DNA of 62,923 nucleotides, filler included, from Octopus bimaculoides (lineage: Eukaryota): the NCBI RefSeq assembly GCF_001194135.2. It is 7 parts of 7 records of this genome, joined end to end, with 100 filler letters (N's around TTAATTAATTAA, not from the genome) between each part and the next. Parts side by side here need not be neighbours in the genome. Positions count along the whole stretch, not along the records: positions 21,375 to 38,975 come from NC_068983.1; positions 39,076 to 53,747 come from NC_068993.1; 5 more parts are not named here. One strand, written 5' to 3'. The notes beneath the pieces are model-generated. The model worked only from the letters and a program-made list of their open reading frames with translations. It was not told where the DNA came from and ran no database searches. The position numbers were made by a program, and so were the translations under genes. Positions 38,084 through 51,074 of the stretch are shown here, piece after piece (within the stretch, counting starts at the first letter, position 1; every line of letters starts with the position of its first letter).

Positions 38084-38263
38084 TATATTAGGGATTTAAA
38101 AGATAGAAACATTAAGTATAATTTAAAGAGGTCCATTTTTAGATACAGACCATTGTACAATACTCGTAATTTCAAATGTGATCTTTGCCTTGGGAAAATG
38201 TATTATATAATATTAATGAATTATAAAAGTAATTTTACATTGAAATATTCTTACAAATATAGA
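38082..38263 (+). mobile_element. Penelope-like element C-terminal (post GIY-YIG) fragment
   Basis: IRDLKDRNIKYNLKRSI...YNTRNFKCDLCLGKMYYII resembles the PLE W.LK..N..Y.IKW.I...C.LCL.EK..I motif. Confidence 0.5.
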
Positions 38264-38363
38264 NNNNNNNNNNNNNNNNNNNNNNNNNNNNNNNNNNNNN
38301 NNNNNNNNNNNNNNNNNNNNNNNNNNNNNNNNNNNNNNNNNNNNNNNNNNNNNNNNNNNNNNN

Positions 38364-38975
38364 GATCTCGCTCGAAAGTCCTTACACATGCCGCGAGCAC
38401 AAGTGCCAGAAAGACGACGCTGGGCACAGGTGCCATTACAATTTCGCTTTCGCTTGCCCCAATAAGTTTTCGCAAGCTGAGTTTCGTGTCTAATGAAGGA
38501 GACAACGTTGGCATGCGTGCGGGCATTCTTGTAGTTTGGCACCAGTCCTTCCAGTATTTTCCTTATGTATATTATTACATATTTCTCCAGCCTGTGCTCC
38601 GGGGAGTAGAGACCGAGTGCTTTCAGTCGCTGCCTGTAGTTCATCTGTTGGACTGTGGCGATCTTTTTTTTATAGTGACGCTGAATTGCCTCGAGTTCTG
38701 CTGTCCGCTTGACACTGTGTGGTGACCACAACTGAGTCTAGGCGGCTCAGAACAAATGTCTTCCATAGAGTCAACATGACTTTTTGATCCCTTGTTCAGA
38801 ATGTCCTCAGTATCCACCCTGCCAGTTGTCTGCACTTTGTTGTCAACTTGACAATGTGCATGTGAAATGATGCATCACTACACATGTTGATGCCCAGGTC
38901 TCTTACTGTTTGTGGTTCTGGCATTGCAGTACCTCCAGGTCCTGTGTATGCCAGTTGGGAGGCACTTGTGGCCTT
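38364..38975 (-). pseudogene. CR1-like LINE RT C-terminal fragment
   Basis: VRDLGINM...WSPHSVKRTAELEAIQR...NYRQRLKALGLYSPEHRLEKYVIIYIRKILEGLVPN. Confidence 0.88.
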
Positions 38976-39075
38976 NNNNNNNNNNNNNNNNNNNNNNNNN
39001 NNNNNNNNNNNNNNNNNNNTTAATTAATTAANNNNNNNNNNNNNNNNNNNNNNNNNNNNNNNNNNNNNNNNNNNN
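38976..39075. other. Artificial scaffold spacer
   Basis: 44N + TTAATTAATTAA (39020-39031) + 44N. Confidence 0.97.
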
Positions 39076-39280
39076 ATATATACATATGCATATATGCATA
39101 TATACATATGCATATATGTATATATATATATATATATAATATATATATATATGCATATATACATATGCATATATGCATATATACATATGCATATATGTAT
39201 ATATATATATATATATAATATATATATATATATGCATATATACATATGCATATATGCATATATGCATATATACATATGCA

Positions 39281-39345
<65 letters not shown>

Positions 39346-39348
<3 letters not shown>

Positions 39349-39445
39349 TGGAACCTGGTGCAGCCTACTGGTTTGCCATTCTCCGGTTAAACCATCCAAC
39401 CCATGCCAGCATGGAAAGCGGACGTTAAACGATGATGATGATGAT
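39346..39445 (+). mobile_element. RTE 3'-tail fragment
   Basis: CCATCCAACCCATGCCAGCATGGAAAGCGGACGTTAAACGATGATG. Confidence 0.8.
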
Positions 39446-39466
39446 ACATATGTATGTATGTATATA

Positions 39467-39498
<32 letters not shown>

Positions 39499-39773
39499 CA
39501 TCTACATTACACTCAGCAGCAGAAACTGCAGATTATATATCTGATATCCTGTTCATATACATTTCTCTATTGTCTTAATGGTTGCAGTGATTTATATATA
39601 TATATATATATAAGACAGTGTTTGCTTGGGAATTTCTTCTTGGTATTTTAAATATCTCTGATATTTAGAATAATAATCCCACTCTAAACTGAGTCTTGTT
39701 GCAACATCTTTTCCACAAAGATGTCCTGCTTTCTTAATGTGCATTTCGGCAAACAAAAACACACGCACACACA

Positions 39774-39829
<56 letters not shown>

Positions 39830-40160
39830 NNNNNNNNNNNNNNNNNNNNNNNNNNNNNNNNNNNNNNNNNNNNNNNNNNNNNNNNNNNNNNNNNNNNNNN
39901 NNNNNNNNNNNNNNNNNNNNNNNNNNNNNNNNNNNNNNNNNNNNNNNNNNNNNNNNNNNNNNNNNNNNNNNNNNNNNNNNNNNNNNNNNNNNNNNNNNNN
40001 NNNNNNNNNNNNNNNNNNNNNNNNNNNNNNNNNNNNNNNNNNNNNNNNNNNNNNNNNNNNNNNNNNNNNNNNNNNNNNNNNNNNNNNNNNNNNNNNNNNN
40101 NNNNNNNNNNNNNNNNNNNNNNNNNNNNNNNACATGATTTATTTTATTTTTGATGTTTAT

Positions 40161-40317
40161 AGGAGCAGGCATGGCTGTGTGGTAAGAAGCTTGCTTCCCA
40201 ACCACATGGTTCTGGGTTCAGTCCCACTGTGTGCCCAGGGCAAGTGTTTTCTACTTTAGCCTCAAGCTGACCAAAGCCTTGTGAGTGGATTTGGTAGAGG
40301 AAAACTGAAGGAAGCCC

Positions 40318-40322
<5 letters not shown>
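40161..40322 (+). mobile_element. Family A SINE, 5' half
   Basis: GGCATGGCTGTGTGGTAAG...GGTTCAGTCCCAC, ending in (TA)n. Confidence 0.85.
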
Positions 40323-40364
<42 letters not shown>

Positions 40365-40669
40365 TTATGAGAGGTAATGGTGTCAATAAGACCCAAAAGT
40401 GACAGGTAATGGTGAGTAAGTGCTATGGACAGACTATTGTTAAGCTCCAGGTTCAGTGGTTATGTGAACAAGGAGTCCAACATAGGTTATATATTAGCAT
40501 ACATTTATATATAAATTTGGAATATTATAAGTATACCTTTCTGTCTAAATAATGGATCAACATATTATTGCATATCCCTGCATATCTCATGCCTATTTTC
40601 ATTTCTCCACTTCACTCTCTATTTTATATCTTATCTAAAATAACTATTGCTTAACCATTTTCTCACACC

Positions 40670-40717
40670 GTCTCCGATGAAGGGATATATAAAATATCTC
40701 GGAAACAGCTGTAAGAC
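40670..40717 (+). ncRNA. Minimal type I hammerhead-like motif with a U4-to-C core change
   Basis: GTCT-CCGATGA-A-GGGATAT(ATAAA)ATATCTC-G-GAAA-CAGCTG-TA-AGAC; same family as 18062-18109 with a different stem II sequence. Confidence 0.6.
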
Positions 40718-40850
40718 CTTCTGTTCATAAATGTTCTAAAATCTTTCACAGCCTTGGATTTTTATCTTATTCTGAAAATTTATATATATATATATATATA
40801 TATTCACTATGATAGATTGCTAACCACTCTCCTTGTTTCTTTCTGTGTTC

Positions 40851-40886
40851 CTTTCTGTGGAAGAGCATAGGCTTGAAACATTAAAG
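40851..40886 (+). ncRNA. Degenerate second hammerhead-like motif
   Basis: CTTT-CTGTGGA-A-GAGC(ATAG)GCTT-GAAA-C-AT-T-AAAG; stems I and II pair, core and stem III carry mismatches. Confidence 0.35.
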
Positions 40887-40982
40887 ACTTTTTGTATTTC
40901 CGAGCATTATACTAATACATCTGTTTGTTTTCTATACCCACTCTCTTTGTCTGATTTTCTTTTGTGAATTCTCCCTATATTG

Positions 40983-41630
40983 TCATCATCGTTTAACATC
41001 CTCTTTCAATGCTGGCATGGGTTGAACAGTTTGACAGGAGCTAGCCAGGCTGGAACCTGCACCATGCTTCTGTGTTTGTTTCGCCGTAGTTCTTATGGCT
41101 AGATGTCCTTCCTGACACCAACCACTCTGCAGAGTGGACTCTGTGCTTCTTATGTGGCACTTACACAGGCAAGGAAGGGGTAGACTCAGGAATATGTGGG
41201 ATGATGTGGTGAAGAAGGATCTTCAGAGTTGGGCCTCACAGAGGGGAGGACAGAGAACCAAGACTACTGGTGGCTTGCTGTGGCTGAGAAGACATGTCAA
41301 GGTAAGTAAAATCGTGACTGTCCTTGCATACAGGCATGTCCCCTGCATCTCTCTATAGCTAAGCATTCCCAATTTTGTGGGCTTGTGGGTTCTGGTGCCA
41401 CATAAAAAGCACCTGTTCTGGTGTCATTTACAAGCACCCATGCCAGTGCTGTATAATAGGCACCCAGTACACTCTGTAATAAGGTTGGTGTTAGGAAGAG
41501 CATCCAGCTGTAGAAATCATGCCAAAACAGACATGGAGTCTGGGCAACTCTTCAGCTGGCCAGCTCCTGTTTGACCATCCAACTCATGCTTGCATGGAAA
41601 ACAGAGGTTAAATGATGATGCTGATGATGA
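40983..41630. mobile_element. Two RTE 3' fragments head-to-head (40983-41160 -, 41165-41630 +)
   Basis: The + copy encodes GRGRLRNMWDDVVKKDL and ends in GATGATG; the - copy is the reverse-complement tail. Confidence 0.75.
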
Positions 41631-41689
41631 TAATGGAGTACACCAGTCCATCAGTGGACTGGTGTTGCTACATCACTGAGGACAATTAT

Positions 41690-42400
41690 GACAATGATGA
41701 TGATAGAGGCAGTTGTGATGGTTAGGATGATGGTGGTGGTGGTGGTGGTGGTGGTGGTGGTGGTGGCGATGATGAGGATGATAGAGGTAGTTGTGGTAGA
41801 AGGAACAGTGCTGGTTGTGGTGTTGGTGGTTAAATTCACAATGACAATGATGATGATGGTGATGACGGTGACAATGATGGCAATGACATCACCACTGCTG
41901 CTGACAGCAATGATAATGATGACAACAAAAACAATGATAATGATGATGAAGATGATGATGATGATGATAATAGTGACAACAATGATGATGATGATGATGG
42001 TGAGGATGATGGCAATGACACAGCCACTGTTTCTGACAGCAATGATGATGATGATGGTGATGATAATGATTTTGATGACCGTGATGACAATGATGATGAT
42101 GGCGATGATGATGATGATAGTGATGATTAGGAGAAGGAAACAAAAAAAGAGAATAAGGAGGAGACAAGCAGTGCCGACAACAACAATACTACTGCTGATG
42201 ATGATGATGATAAAGAAAAGAATAGCGATCAGTATGATAATGATGATGATGGTGATAACAATAATGATGATGGCTGTTATGGTGACAATGATTAATTACA
42301 ACGATGATAATGATATAATAACAGCAGCAACAACAACATCAACAACAACGAAAAACATGGACGATGATAACGCAGAAGAAGAGAAGAACGAAAGCAGGGG
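41690..42400. repeat. Cryptic trinucleotide (GAT/GGT/GAC/AAC) low-complexity tract
   Basis: Direct inspection. Confidence 0.9.
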
Positions 42401-42670
42401 ATGGCCATGATATTATCAGCTTCCTGCATTTAAACTGTTCATCACCCACTGGCAAAGTGATGGCAGCTCTACATAGCATGCAAAAGAAGGTCTTGTCATT
42501 TTGTGTTCTTTAAAGTCTCACACTGATTAGACAGGGTTTCCTGCTGCTTCAGAACAGAAGACTCCAAGACATCAAGGTACCAAGACATCAAGAGAATTTA
42601 TCCATTCATCACATATTGCTAACAGCATATGTTAAACAGACATTCTTTAGATGACACGGCCATATTGGAT

Positions 42671-42791
<121 letters not shown>

Positions 42792-42991
42792 TATATACAC
42801 ACACACACACATGCATACACACATATATATATATATATATATATACACCTCTGCATAGTATAGTAAGACAACAGGGTAACACCACACCAGTGGCAAAGAA
42901 ACATATGTATATATGTGTGTGTGCATGTGTGTATGTGTTTATATTACACATTATACATTATATATACATATATATTATTTGTATGTATTTG

Positions 42992-43054
<63 letters not shown>

Positions 43055-43883
43055 AATTATATATGTATATGTGTATATATGAATATATATGTGTGTGTAT
43101 GTATACATGTATGCATGCATACATGCATCTATCTCTTCATCTCTGTTTCTATCCACCCATCCATCCATCCTCCCTCCCTTCCTTCCTTCCTTCCTTGTAT
43201 ATATACATTACATGTGTGTTAGGGAATCATATCTCATGAATATTGAAAATATTTCTTGCAAATTTTAGCATACAGATTAATAAAAGGGAATAATGTGCTT
43301 ATAGATGATGATGATGATGGTGGTGGTGGTGATGATAGTGATGGTGGTGATGATGATGATGATGATAATGATGATAATTTAGGGCATTAGTTTAGTAGAT
43401 CTACTGGTGCATCAGATTAAAAAACCTTGCTCTATTTTCTTTTGGTATTTTATTTTCTGAGTTCAAATCCTTCTGAGGGCAGCATTACTTGTTTTCCGTC
43501 TTTCCAGTATTGATATAATGATAAAATAATACATCAACCAAACCCTGGGGTTAATTCAATCAACTATACCTCTTCCCTATATTTGAACCCTTATGCCTAA
43601 AGCAAAATCAATGTTTTAATAAGTGCAATGTTAGAGCAATCTCGTCGCATTGAAAAATACAAAAAGAAAACAAAAAAACAAAACAAGCAATAAACCAAAA
43701 CAAGTAAATTATATGCTAGATTTTATTTTAAGTACCCCAGTGTGAACTTTATGTGAATTTCTTAACCAGATATCATTTAGCATCAACATCTCCTGTAAGA
43801 ATTAACAAGAAAACCAAAAAAACCATATTTCATTGTTCAATTCTTCTTCTTCTTATTATTATTCTTATTATTCTTATTATTAT

Positions 43884-43942
<59 letters not shown>

Positions 43943-44056
43943 TTATTATTATTATTATTATCATTATTATTATTGTTGTTGTTGTTATTATTATTATTAA
44001 TTTTTCTTCTTCCAATTTTGTTTCCATTTCTTGCCATATGCCTTCCTGACACCTAG

Positions 44057-44975
44057 GGCAAAAATACTTGCTGTATACATTGATAGGTAATTAGAATAAA
44101 CAAACCAGATTGTTCATTTACAAAGTCAACTAATGTGAAAAAAAAAGGAAAAATGAAAAAGAAAATAACAGAAAAAAAATTACATGGATTGTAATTGTTT
44201 TCCCAGCATGGATGGTAAGCCAGGGATCGTTCTAAAATTTTTTACACTCACTTTTTTTTTTATCATTCTAGGTGCTCCTACAATCACTGGTATTTTAACC
44301 ACCTTGAGATGTTACATTTTTTTTTTATTTCAATGAGCAAGTTTTTATATTTTCTGAGCTTGTCAAATTCTTTTGCTGAGAAATTATTATCACAAAAAAT
44401 TCTCATATCAATCAATAAACAGATTTTATTGTTTTGGTCTTACACAACAATATCCAGTTTATAAGCTTTGCTGGTTCTATCTGTATGTACTGATAAATCA
44501 CAAAGAATCATTATTTTTTTCTCCCTCAGTTACAATATCAGAGTGGTGTTTATATCATTTGGCAGCAGTTTTGATTTTGCAATACTGACATAGTAACTAG
44601 TGTAGATATTGACCAACTCTGTCATATCTTCATTATACTCCACTGGTACTAAGATTTTACATCCATTATTATTATTACTATTATTATCATTATTATTATT
44701 GAGTGACACTGGAGTAAAATATATGAAGCCCAGTATACCCATCATGACTACACATGCAAATTCACAGGTAAAATATGTATCTAAAAAAAAATTAATAAAT
44801 AAATAAATTCATGAATGGATGTTGTTTTCACAGCGATAATGCTCTTCTCAGTACATGAGTCGTTCCAGTTAACATGATTTTTTGCACTTCCTGTAGGGAT
44901 GGTAAGCCTGGTATCATTTTCAAATAGGTTTCAGTACCTTTGTTTTTATCTTTCCTAGAGATCCTACAATCACTG
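44057..44975 (+). CDS. Candidate micro-exon array: 44057-44086, 44207-44214, 44272-44289, 44530-44545, 44897-44901, 44961-44975
   Basis: Each piece is flanked by a pyrimidine tract plus AG and a GT donor (two GTAAGC, one GTAATT). The joined sequence is open in two frames. It lies within an approximately 230-bp diverged duplication. Confidence 0.4.
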
Positions 44976-45114
44976 GTACGGTAGTCGCCTTGAGATGCCA
45001 CATTTTTTCAATTTCTATTAGCAAGTCTTTATATTTACTGATCTTCTCAAATTCTTTCACTGCTATATTATGATCGCAGTGAATACTCATGTCAATTAAT
45101 AAATAATTAATAAT

Positions 45115-45255
45115 AACTAGTACTTAATTTATCGACCCTGAAAGGATGAAAGGCAAAGTCGACCTCGGCGGAATTTGAACTTAGAATGCAGTGGCAGACG
45201 AAATACCGCTAAGCATTTCGCCCAGCCTGCTAACATTTCTGCCAGCTCACCGCCT
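45115..45255 (-). mobile_element. Family B SINE, 5' part
   Basis: Reverse complement of GGCGGTGAGCTGGCAGAAA...GTTCAAATTCCGCCGAGG. Confidence 0.88.
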
Positions 45256-46619
45256 TTTATTATTATTATTATTTATCAAAAGCAATTATCAGTCAAAAAT
45301 AGATCCTCTAGTAACTTGTGTGGTTTCATTATCCATATTTGTTTCCCTCTCTTATAGTAATGAAGCTAGATTTTTTACTCTCTGTAATTTTCACATAAAG
45401 GTCACTGGAATTGAAAATCATTGGTGCGCGAGGAGTCTGAGAGAAGGTGCCAGTCTCTAAGAACTGACATGATCTATCGGTGAGACCTACTTTTAATCAT
45501 ACAGCCACTTCATAAATAGATTTAATTTCATAGTTTGTTAATATTAAGTGAATTTCCTTCCAGCTCGAAATGAAATGGAAAACAAACGTACTTATTTAAT
45601 AAATGGAGTGACTAAATCTAATAACAATATGTATGCATGTATGTGTATGTATAAGTATGTGTATGTATGTATGTATGTATGTATGTATATATGCATAAGT
45701 GTGTGTAAGCATGTGGGTGTATGTAAGTATTTGTGTGTGTGTTTGTATATGCGTACATATGTATTTGTGCATGTGTGTGCATATATGTGTATGTATGTGT
45801 GTGTATGTATTTATGTATGTATGTAATCATACATATTAACACTTAAAGTGTTTCATATATATACTCATTGCTACCCCTCTTTCTCACTTTCTCTTGCCCC
45901 CCCCCTCTATGTGTGTATGTGTGTGTGCATGTGTGTGTGTCAAGAGAGAGGGAGAGAGGGAACTGTATGCATGTATCTTTGTATGTGCATGCATGTGTCT
46001 GCATATGAGCATGTATGTGGGTGTGTATATTATATATATTTATGCCCCAGCATGGCCGCACTTTACTGAGTGAAACAAATAAAAGATAAAAGATTTATGT
46101 ATATGTATCACTTCGAAAATTATATAGTTTCACACAGGAATTCAGCAGCGCAGTCTAGCCAAGCAGCTACTCTGTGCTGAGAAAGGGCAATAACTCAGAA
46201 ACTGACCCACAGATGTTGCTTTGTGCTGGATGGGGGTGCTGAGCTTCCCTGTTCGAAAATATAAGGACACAGATATTATGTTGTATAGCCAGCTGGAAAT
46301 GATGTTTCCTGGGGATAAACAACAGTAACATTCGTCCCATCCAGGACTGCTGCATTATGCTGGTAAACAGTCTTTACTCTAAAGTATTGTTACTGAAAAT
46401 CTCTCTGTCAGAAATTTAGAAATAATACTGTTTATATATGTATATAACCAGCCGAAATTGCAAAGATAATCTAGAACTCAACTGAGGAAAGAAAACTCTG
46501 AATGACCTGTCCTTGTTTTCTTTGTATCGTCTATCTGGATGTTTTGTCCCTTTCTTGTATCACCTAACTTTCTTCTTTTTGGTATTCTTGTCCCATTTTT
46601 GTATTTTTATATACACTCT

Positions 46620-46760
46620 ATGAGTGGTTGGCGTTAGGAAGGGCATCCAGCTGTAGAAACTCTGCCAAATCAGATTGGAGCCTGGTGTAGCCATCTGCTT
46701 TCACCAGTCCTCAGTCAAATCGTCCAACCCATGCTAGCATGGAAAGCGGACGTTAAACGA
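46620..46760 (+). mobile_element. RTE 3'-tail fragment
   Basis: GGAAGGGCATCCAGCTGTAGAAAC...GCATGGAAAGCGGACGTTAAACGA. Confidence 0.8.
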
Positions 46761-47010
46761 TATATATATANNNNNNNNNNNNNNNNNNNNNNNNNNNNNN
46801 NNNNNNNNNNNNNNNNNNNNNNNNNNNNNNNNNNNNNNNNNNNNNNNNNNNNNNNNNNNNNNNNNNNNNNNNNNNNNNNNNNNNNNNNNNNNNNNNNNNN
46901 NNNNNNNNNNNNNNNNNNNNNNNNNNNNNNNNNNNNNNNNNNNNNNNNNNNNNNNNNNNNNNNNNTATATAAATATGTATATACATATGCATACACACAC
47001 ACGCACACAC

Positions 47011-47052
<42 letters not shown>

Positions 47053-47477
47053 CAGGCTTCTTTCAATTTCAATCTATGAAATCCTCAAACAAGGCTTTGG
47101 TCAGCCCAGGGCTATAATAAAAGCCACTTGCCAAAGGTGCCACACAGTGGGACTGAACCTAGAACCATGTAGTTGGAACCCAAACTCCTTATCACTCAGC
47201 TATGCCAGCATCTACGCATTCATGCATGCATGCATTCATCCATCCATCCATATGCAATCATAAATATATACATGCACACATATACATGCACGTACACACA
47301 CATACATATACATGCGATGGAGTTCTTTCACTTTCTGAATAGCAAATCCACTTACAAGGCTTTGGCCATCCAGGGGTTATAGTATAAAACACTTATTCAA
47401 AGTGCCATGTAGGGTGATTGAACCCAGAACTATGTGATTGTTAAGCAAACCTCTTACCACTATGGCTCACCTGTGCC
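47053..47477 (-). mobile_element. Two degenerate family A SINE heads (47053-47207, 47318-47477)
   Basis: Reverse-complement matches such as GTGGGACTGAACC and ACAAGGCTTTGG. Confidence 0.7.
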
Positions 47478-48302
47478 TATATTAGTTTAAATTTTTTCAA
47501 TAAAATAAGTTTAAATAAGTCCCTATATAGTATTCATATAAATGAGTAGACATAGTATATATAAAAATTCTACTTGTCTCCAATTCAACCAGTACTGAAT
47601 AACCTACAAAATGATAAAAGGTCAATATTTGCATTTGAAGCAGCAGTGACCAAAATAATGATGCCTACATCATTTAAAAAGCATTTGTGCACATATGAAT
47701 AAGTAAAGGTGTTTGCTGGGATTTAATTTCAGTGAAAAACTTTAGAGACTTTATCGTGTTAAAAAACAGAATGCTTCAGATGACATCAATGAACTATCAG
47801 ACACCAGTGTTTTGGTGTAATTTATCTCTTCAGTTGCAGACTCTATATCAGAACTTCTGCTTCTATATTGATATCAGTTATATATAGATAAGAAATTATG
47901 CTCATATAGGCAGAAAAAATTCTCCTTTAACATTATATATAAATGGTGAAAGCATTGTAGCCTGGATAATATTGAAACACACACACATATGCACACACAC
48001 ACACACACACACAAAATACATTATCACTCCTTTGGCTCAATTTGAAGAAAATATACTTTAACAATTGGCAGATCCAAAATCTTGCAAATTCCTTTGCCAG
48101 TCTTTTGTTCATGATATCACAATTGACAGGAATTCAAAGATTTATAAGGCATACATTCTTCAAAGCCATCATAATATATGTGTGTGTGTGCGTATAAATA
48201 TATAAGTATATGTGTATGTGTATATCATATATATGTATAAGTGTATTTGTGTATGTATCATATATATATATACATACATACATACATATTTACATATATT
48301 TA

Positions 48303-48359
<57 letters not shown>

Positions 48360-48703
48360 ATGTATGTATCATATATATATATACATACATACATACATAT
48401 TTACATATATTTATGTGCATATATATATATATATATATATATAATTATATAGTTATATATATATGCGACCGCCTCTATAATCATACCATACATTTATAGA
48501 CCTAAATATACACTCAAACACATCCAAACAATATGCATATACAGACTAACCAAAACACAATGAAATGGCAGCCATATTTGTATCTGAAAAATACGCTTTT
48601 GTGTCTGAAACGCTTTCAACGCAAATATTCATAACAAACCGATCAACAAGCAACCAACTGCACACTTCTGCTGCTGCTGCATGTAACGTGGTTATTGTCT
48701 TAC

Positions 48704-48813
48704 TATTGGCCATTGTGTTTCAATGTAACTTGTAGTCTGATTATCATAAAGAAAATTACAAACATTTTCAACAGAAATGAACAAATAACGCCTGCTGGCA
48801 GTTTTTCAGCCAT
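48704..48813 (-). CDS. Candidate first coding exon, signal-peptide/anchor-like (MAEKLPAGVICSFLLKMFVIFFMIIRLQVTLKHNGQ)
   Basis: AAAATGG start context, hydrophobic core, ATA|GTAAGA donor; no downstream exon identified. Confidence 0.3.
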
Positions 48814-49956
48814 TTTGTTGTTGTCACTATTATTACTGTTGTTGTTGCTTTTGTTGTTTTTCTTATTACGTTGTTTGTCGTTCATGTTTTCTCATCTCTT
48901 CTTTTTTTGTGTAGTTTACTTCATATTTTTGGAGGGAGTTTTTGTTTTTTGCTTTTGTTACTTTTTTTAGCTATTATTTTACTAATCTTCAGTTGTTGCT
49001 TAGTTACTTTACATCTCTTGCTCTGTCGGTTTGTCTAATATCTCAGACTTTATTCTTTGAAGATAATGCTCGTCTTTTTAGATATTTTCTCAAGTTATAT
49101 CAGAAATTTTCCAAAAAAAGAAAAACAATCCAACAAAAAGTAAAAATGAATAAATAAATTTAAAAAATGTAAAAAATAAAAACAAAAACACAAGAATAAA
49201 AATAAAAATAATCATATAAAAACCAAAAACCAAAAACAAAGCACCAATAATTTTTACCAAAGCCACCCACCCATAAAAAAAATGAAACCAAATAATGCAA
49301 AATAAAAAAAATATGTATATAAAACATAAAAAAAAAATAAAGACAGCAAAAAGTCCAACAACAAAACAATATGAAAGAAAAGATTAACAAAAAGAAAACT
49401 CACACCAATTTAGAAAAGAAAAAAATTTTTAATTTTCCGCCATGAAATTCGCAGAAATGATTTTAATTTTACTTTATATCGATTGAAACATTTCACAGAA
49501 TGGAATAGTTTGAAAACAATTCTTAGGCATGTCAGCAAACATTTTAAATAAACACTTTATTAAACATCTTAAGGAATGAACAAATATTTGTTCAGTCAAA
49601 TTAAGAAGGAAGTTAATTTCTCACAGAAAAAAAAAAAAAAATGAAATGAAATAAAATTACATTACAATAAAAACAACAAATATAAAGAAAATAAAAAGAA
49701 AGAACAGCAGTAACGAGAACAAGAAGAACATACTCAAAATACATAAAAACTCTGTGATGTATTCAGACCCAAGCAAGTAATGTTTTGAAATAATGGCTTG
49801 GGTGTAATTCTTAAGATTAGAGCCGCACCATTCATCTAATTAGAGCAACATTGCTAATCTGTCTTTTATTGTTGAAGAATTTGATCTAAGTTCTGTTCTG
49901 ACCATTTGTTTATAAATCCATGGCAGATAAAATAATACACGTGCAATAACAATAAC

Positions 49957-49991
<35 letters not shown>

Positions 49992-50448
49992 TAATAATAA
50001 TAAAAATAATAATGATAATAATAATTATAATAATAATAATAATTGAAATAATAATGATAATGATATTACCCATAACAATGATAATAATAAAAATGGCAAT
50101 AATAATAATAATGATAATAATAACAATAAAAATAATTAAAATAATAATCATGATATAATAATATATAACGATAAAAAGGAAGAAATAAAGAATCTTTTTT
50201 TTTTTAAATGGATATTATCGTTGTAATTTTTTGAACTTTTAAAAATATTTTTGAAGAATGTTTTTTAAGGAAGCATGTTTGGAAAACAGTAAAAATTAAA
50301 AACAAAAAAAAGAAATTTTAATTATTTATTTATTTTTCCGGGTGTTTTCCTCTTTGTTAATAATCTAATTACTCTTCCTCATTGTGTATCAGAGAGCAAT
50401 ATGAAAAATATGTATAAATAAAACTTGATAATAAAAAGAAATGTGGAA

Positions 50449-50491
<43 letters not shown>

Positions 50492-51028
50492 AGCACACAC
50501 ACACACACACACATATGTGCACACACAAGCACATGTTAGTACATGCACAGATAAGTGTGCAGATACACACGTATGCATGTATGTAATCCTCTTCATCATC
50601 ATCGTCACTCCTATAATTGTCATCATTCTCATTGTCATCATCATCATCATCATTGGTAGTAGCAGCGGTAGCAGCAACAGCAATAGCAGCAATAACTGTA
50701 GCAGCATCGTTGTCAGTAACGACAGTGATGATAACATCATTGTCGTCATCATCATCACCATTGTCACCATTCACAAAATCATTATTGAATCTGTCTTGTG
50801 AAGTCAAGACAAGGGGGGACAAACCAACACACGTGCATACATACACATGCAAACACACAAACATGCATATGAACACACACTTCATCAAGTCTTATCTTAA
50901 CACCTGTTTTGGATAATCGATGACTGGCTGATATAACCATGCATACAGTTCTATATTTAAGAGATGAGGAATTATGTACATTATTTATTTACAATTGATG
51001 GATATTTGTACTCATCTTGTTTGTTGTT

Positions 51029-51074
51029 AACACAACGTTTCGGTTGATATCCGCTCCAGCCTTCATCAGGTGCC
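51029..51074 (-). ncRNA. Minimal type I hammerhead-like motif (second family, loopless palindromic stem III)
   Basis: Minus strand: GGCAC-CTGATGA-A-GGCTG(10 nt)CAACC-GAAA-C-GT-T-GTGTT; AACGTT palindrome; cleavage triplet GUU. Confidence 0.65.

Noticed and set aside
41688-42410. 240-aa Met/Val-rich ORF
   Set aside because: Product of a GAT/GGT trinucleotide tract; antisense frames are equally open.
46137-46365. Exon-like unique segment
   Set aside because: The plus-strand AG/GT pair has stops in all frames, and minus-strand options do not join the 48704 exon in frame.
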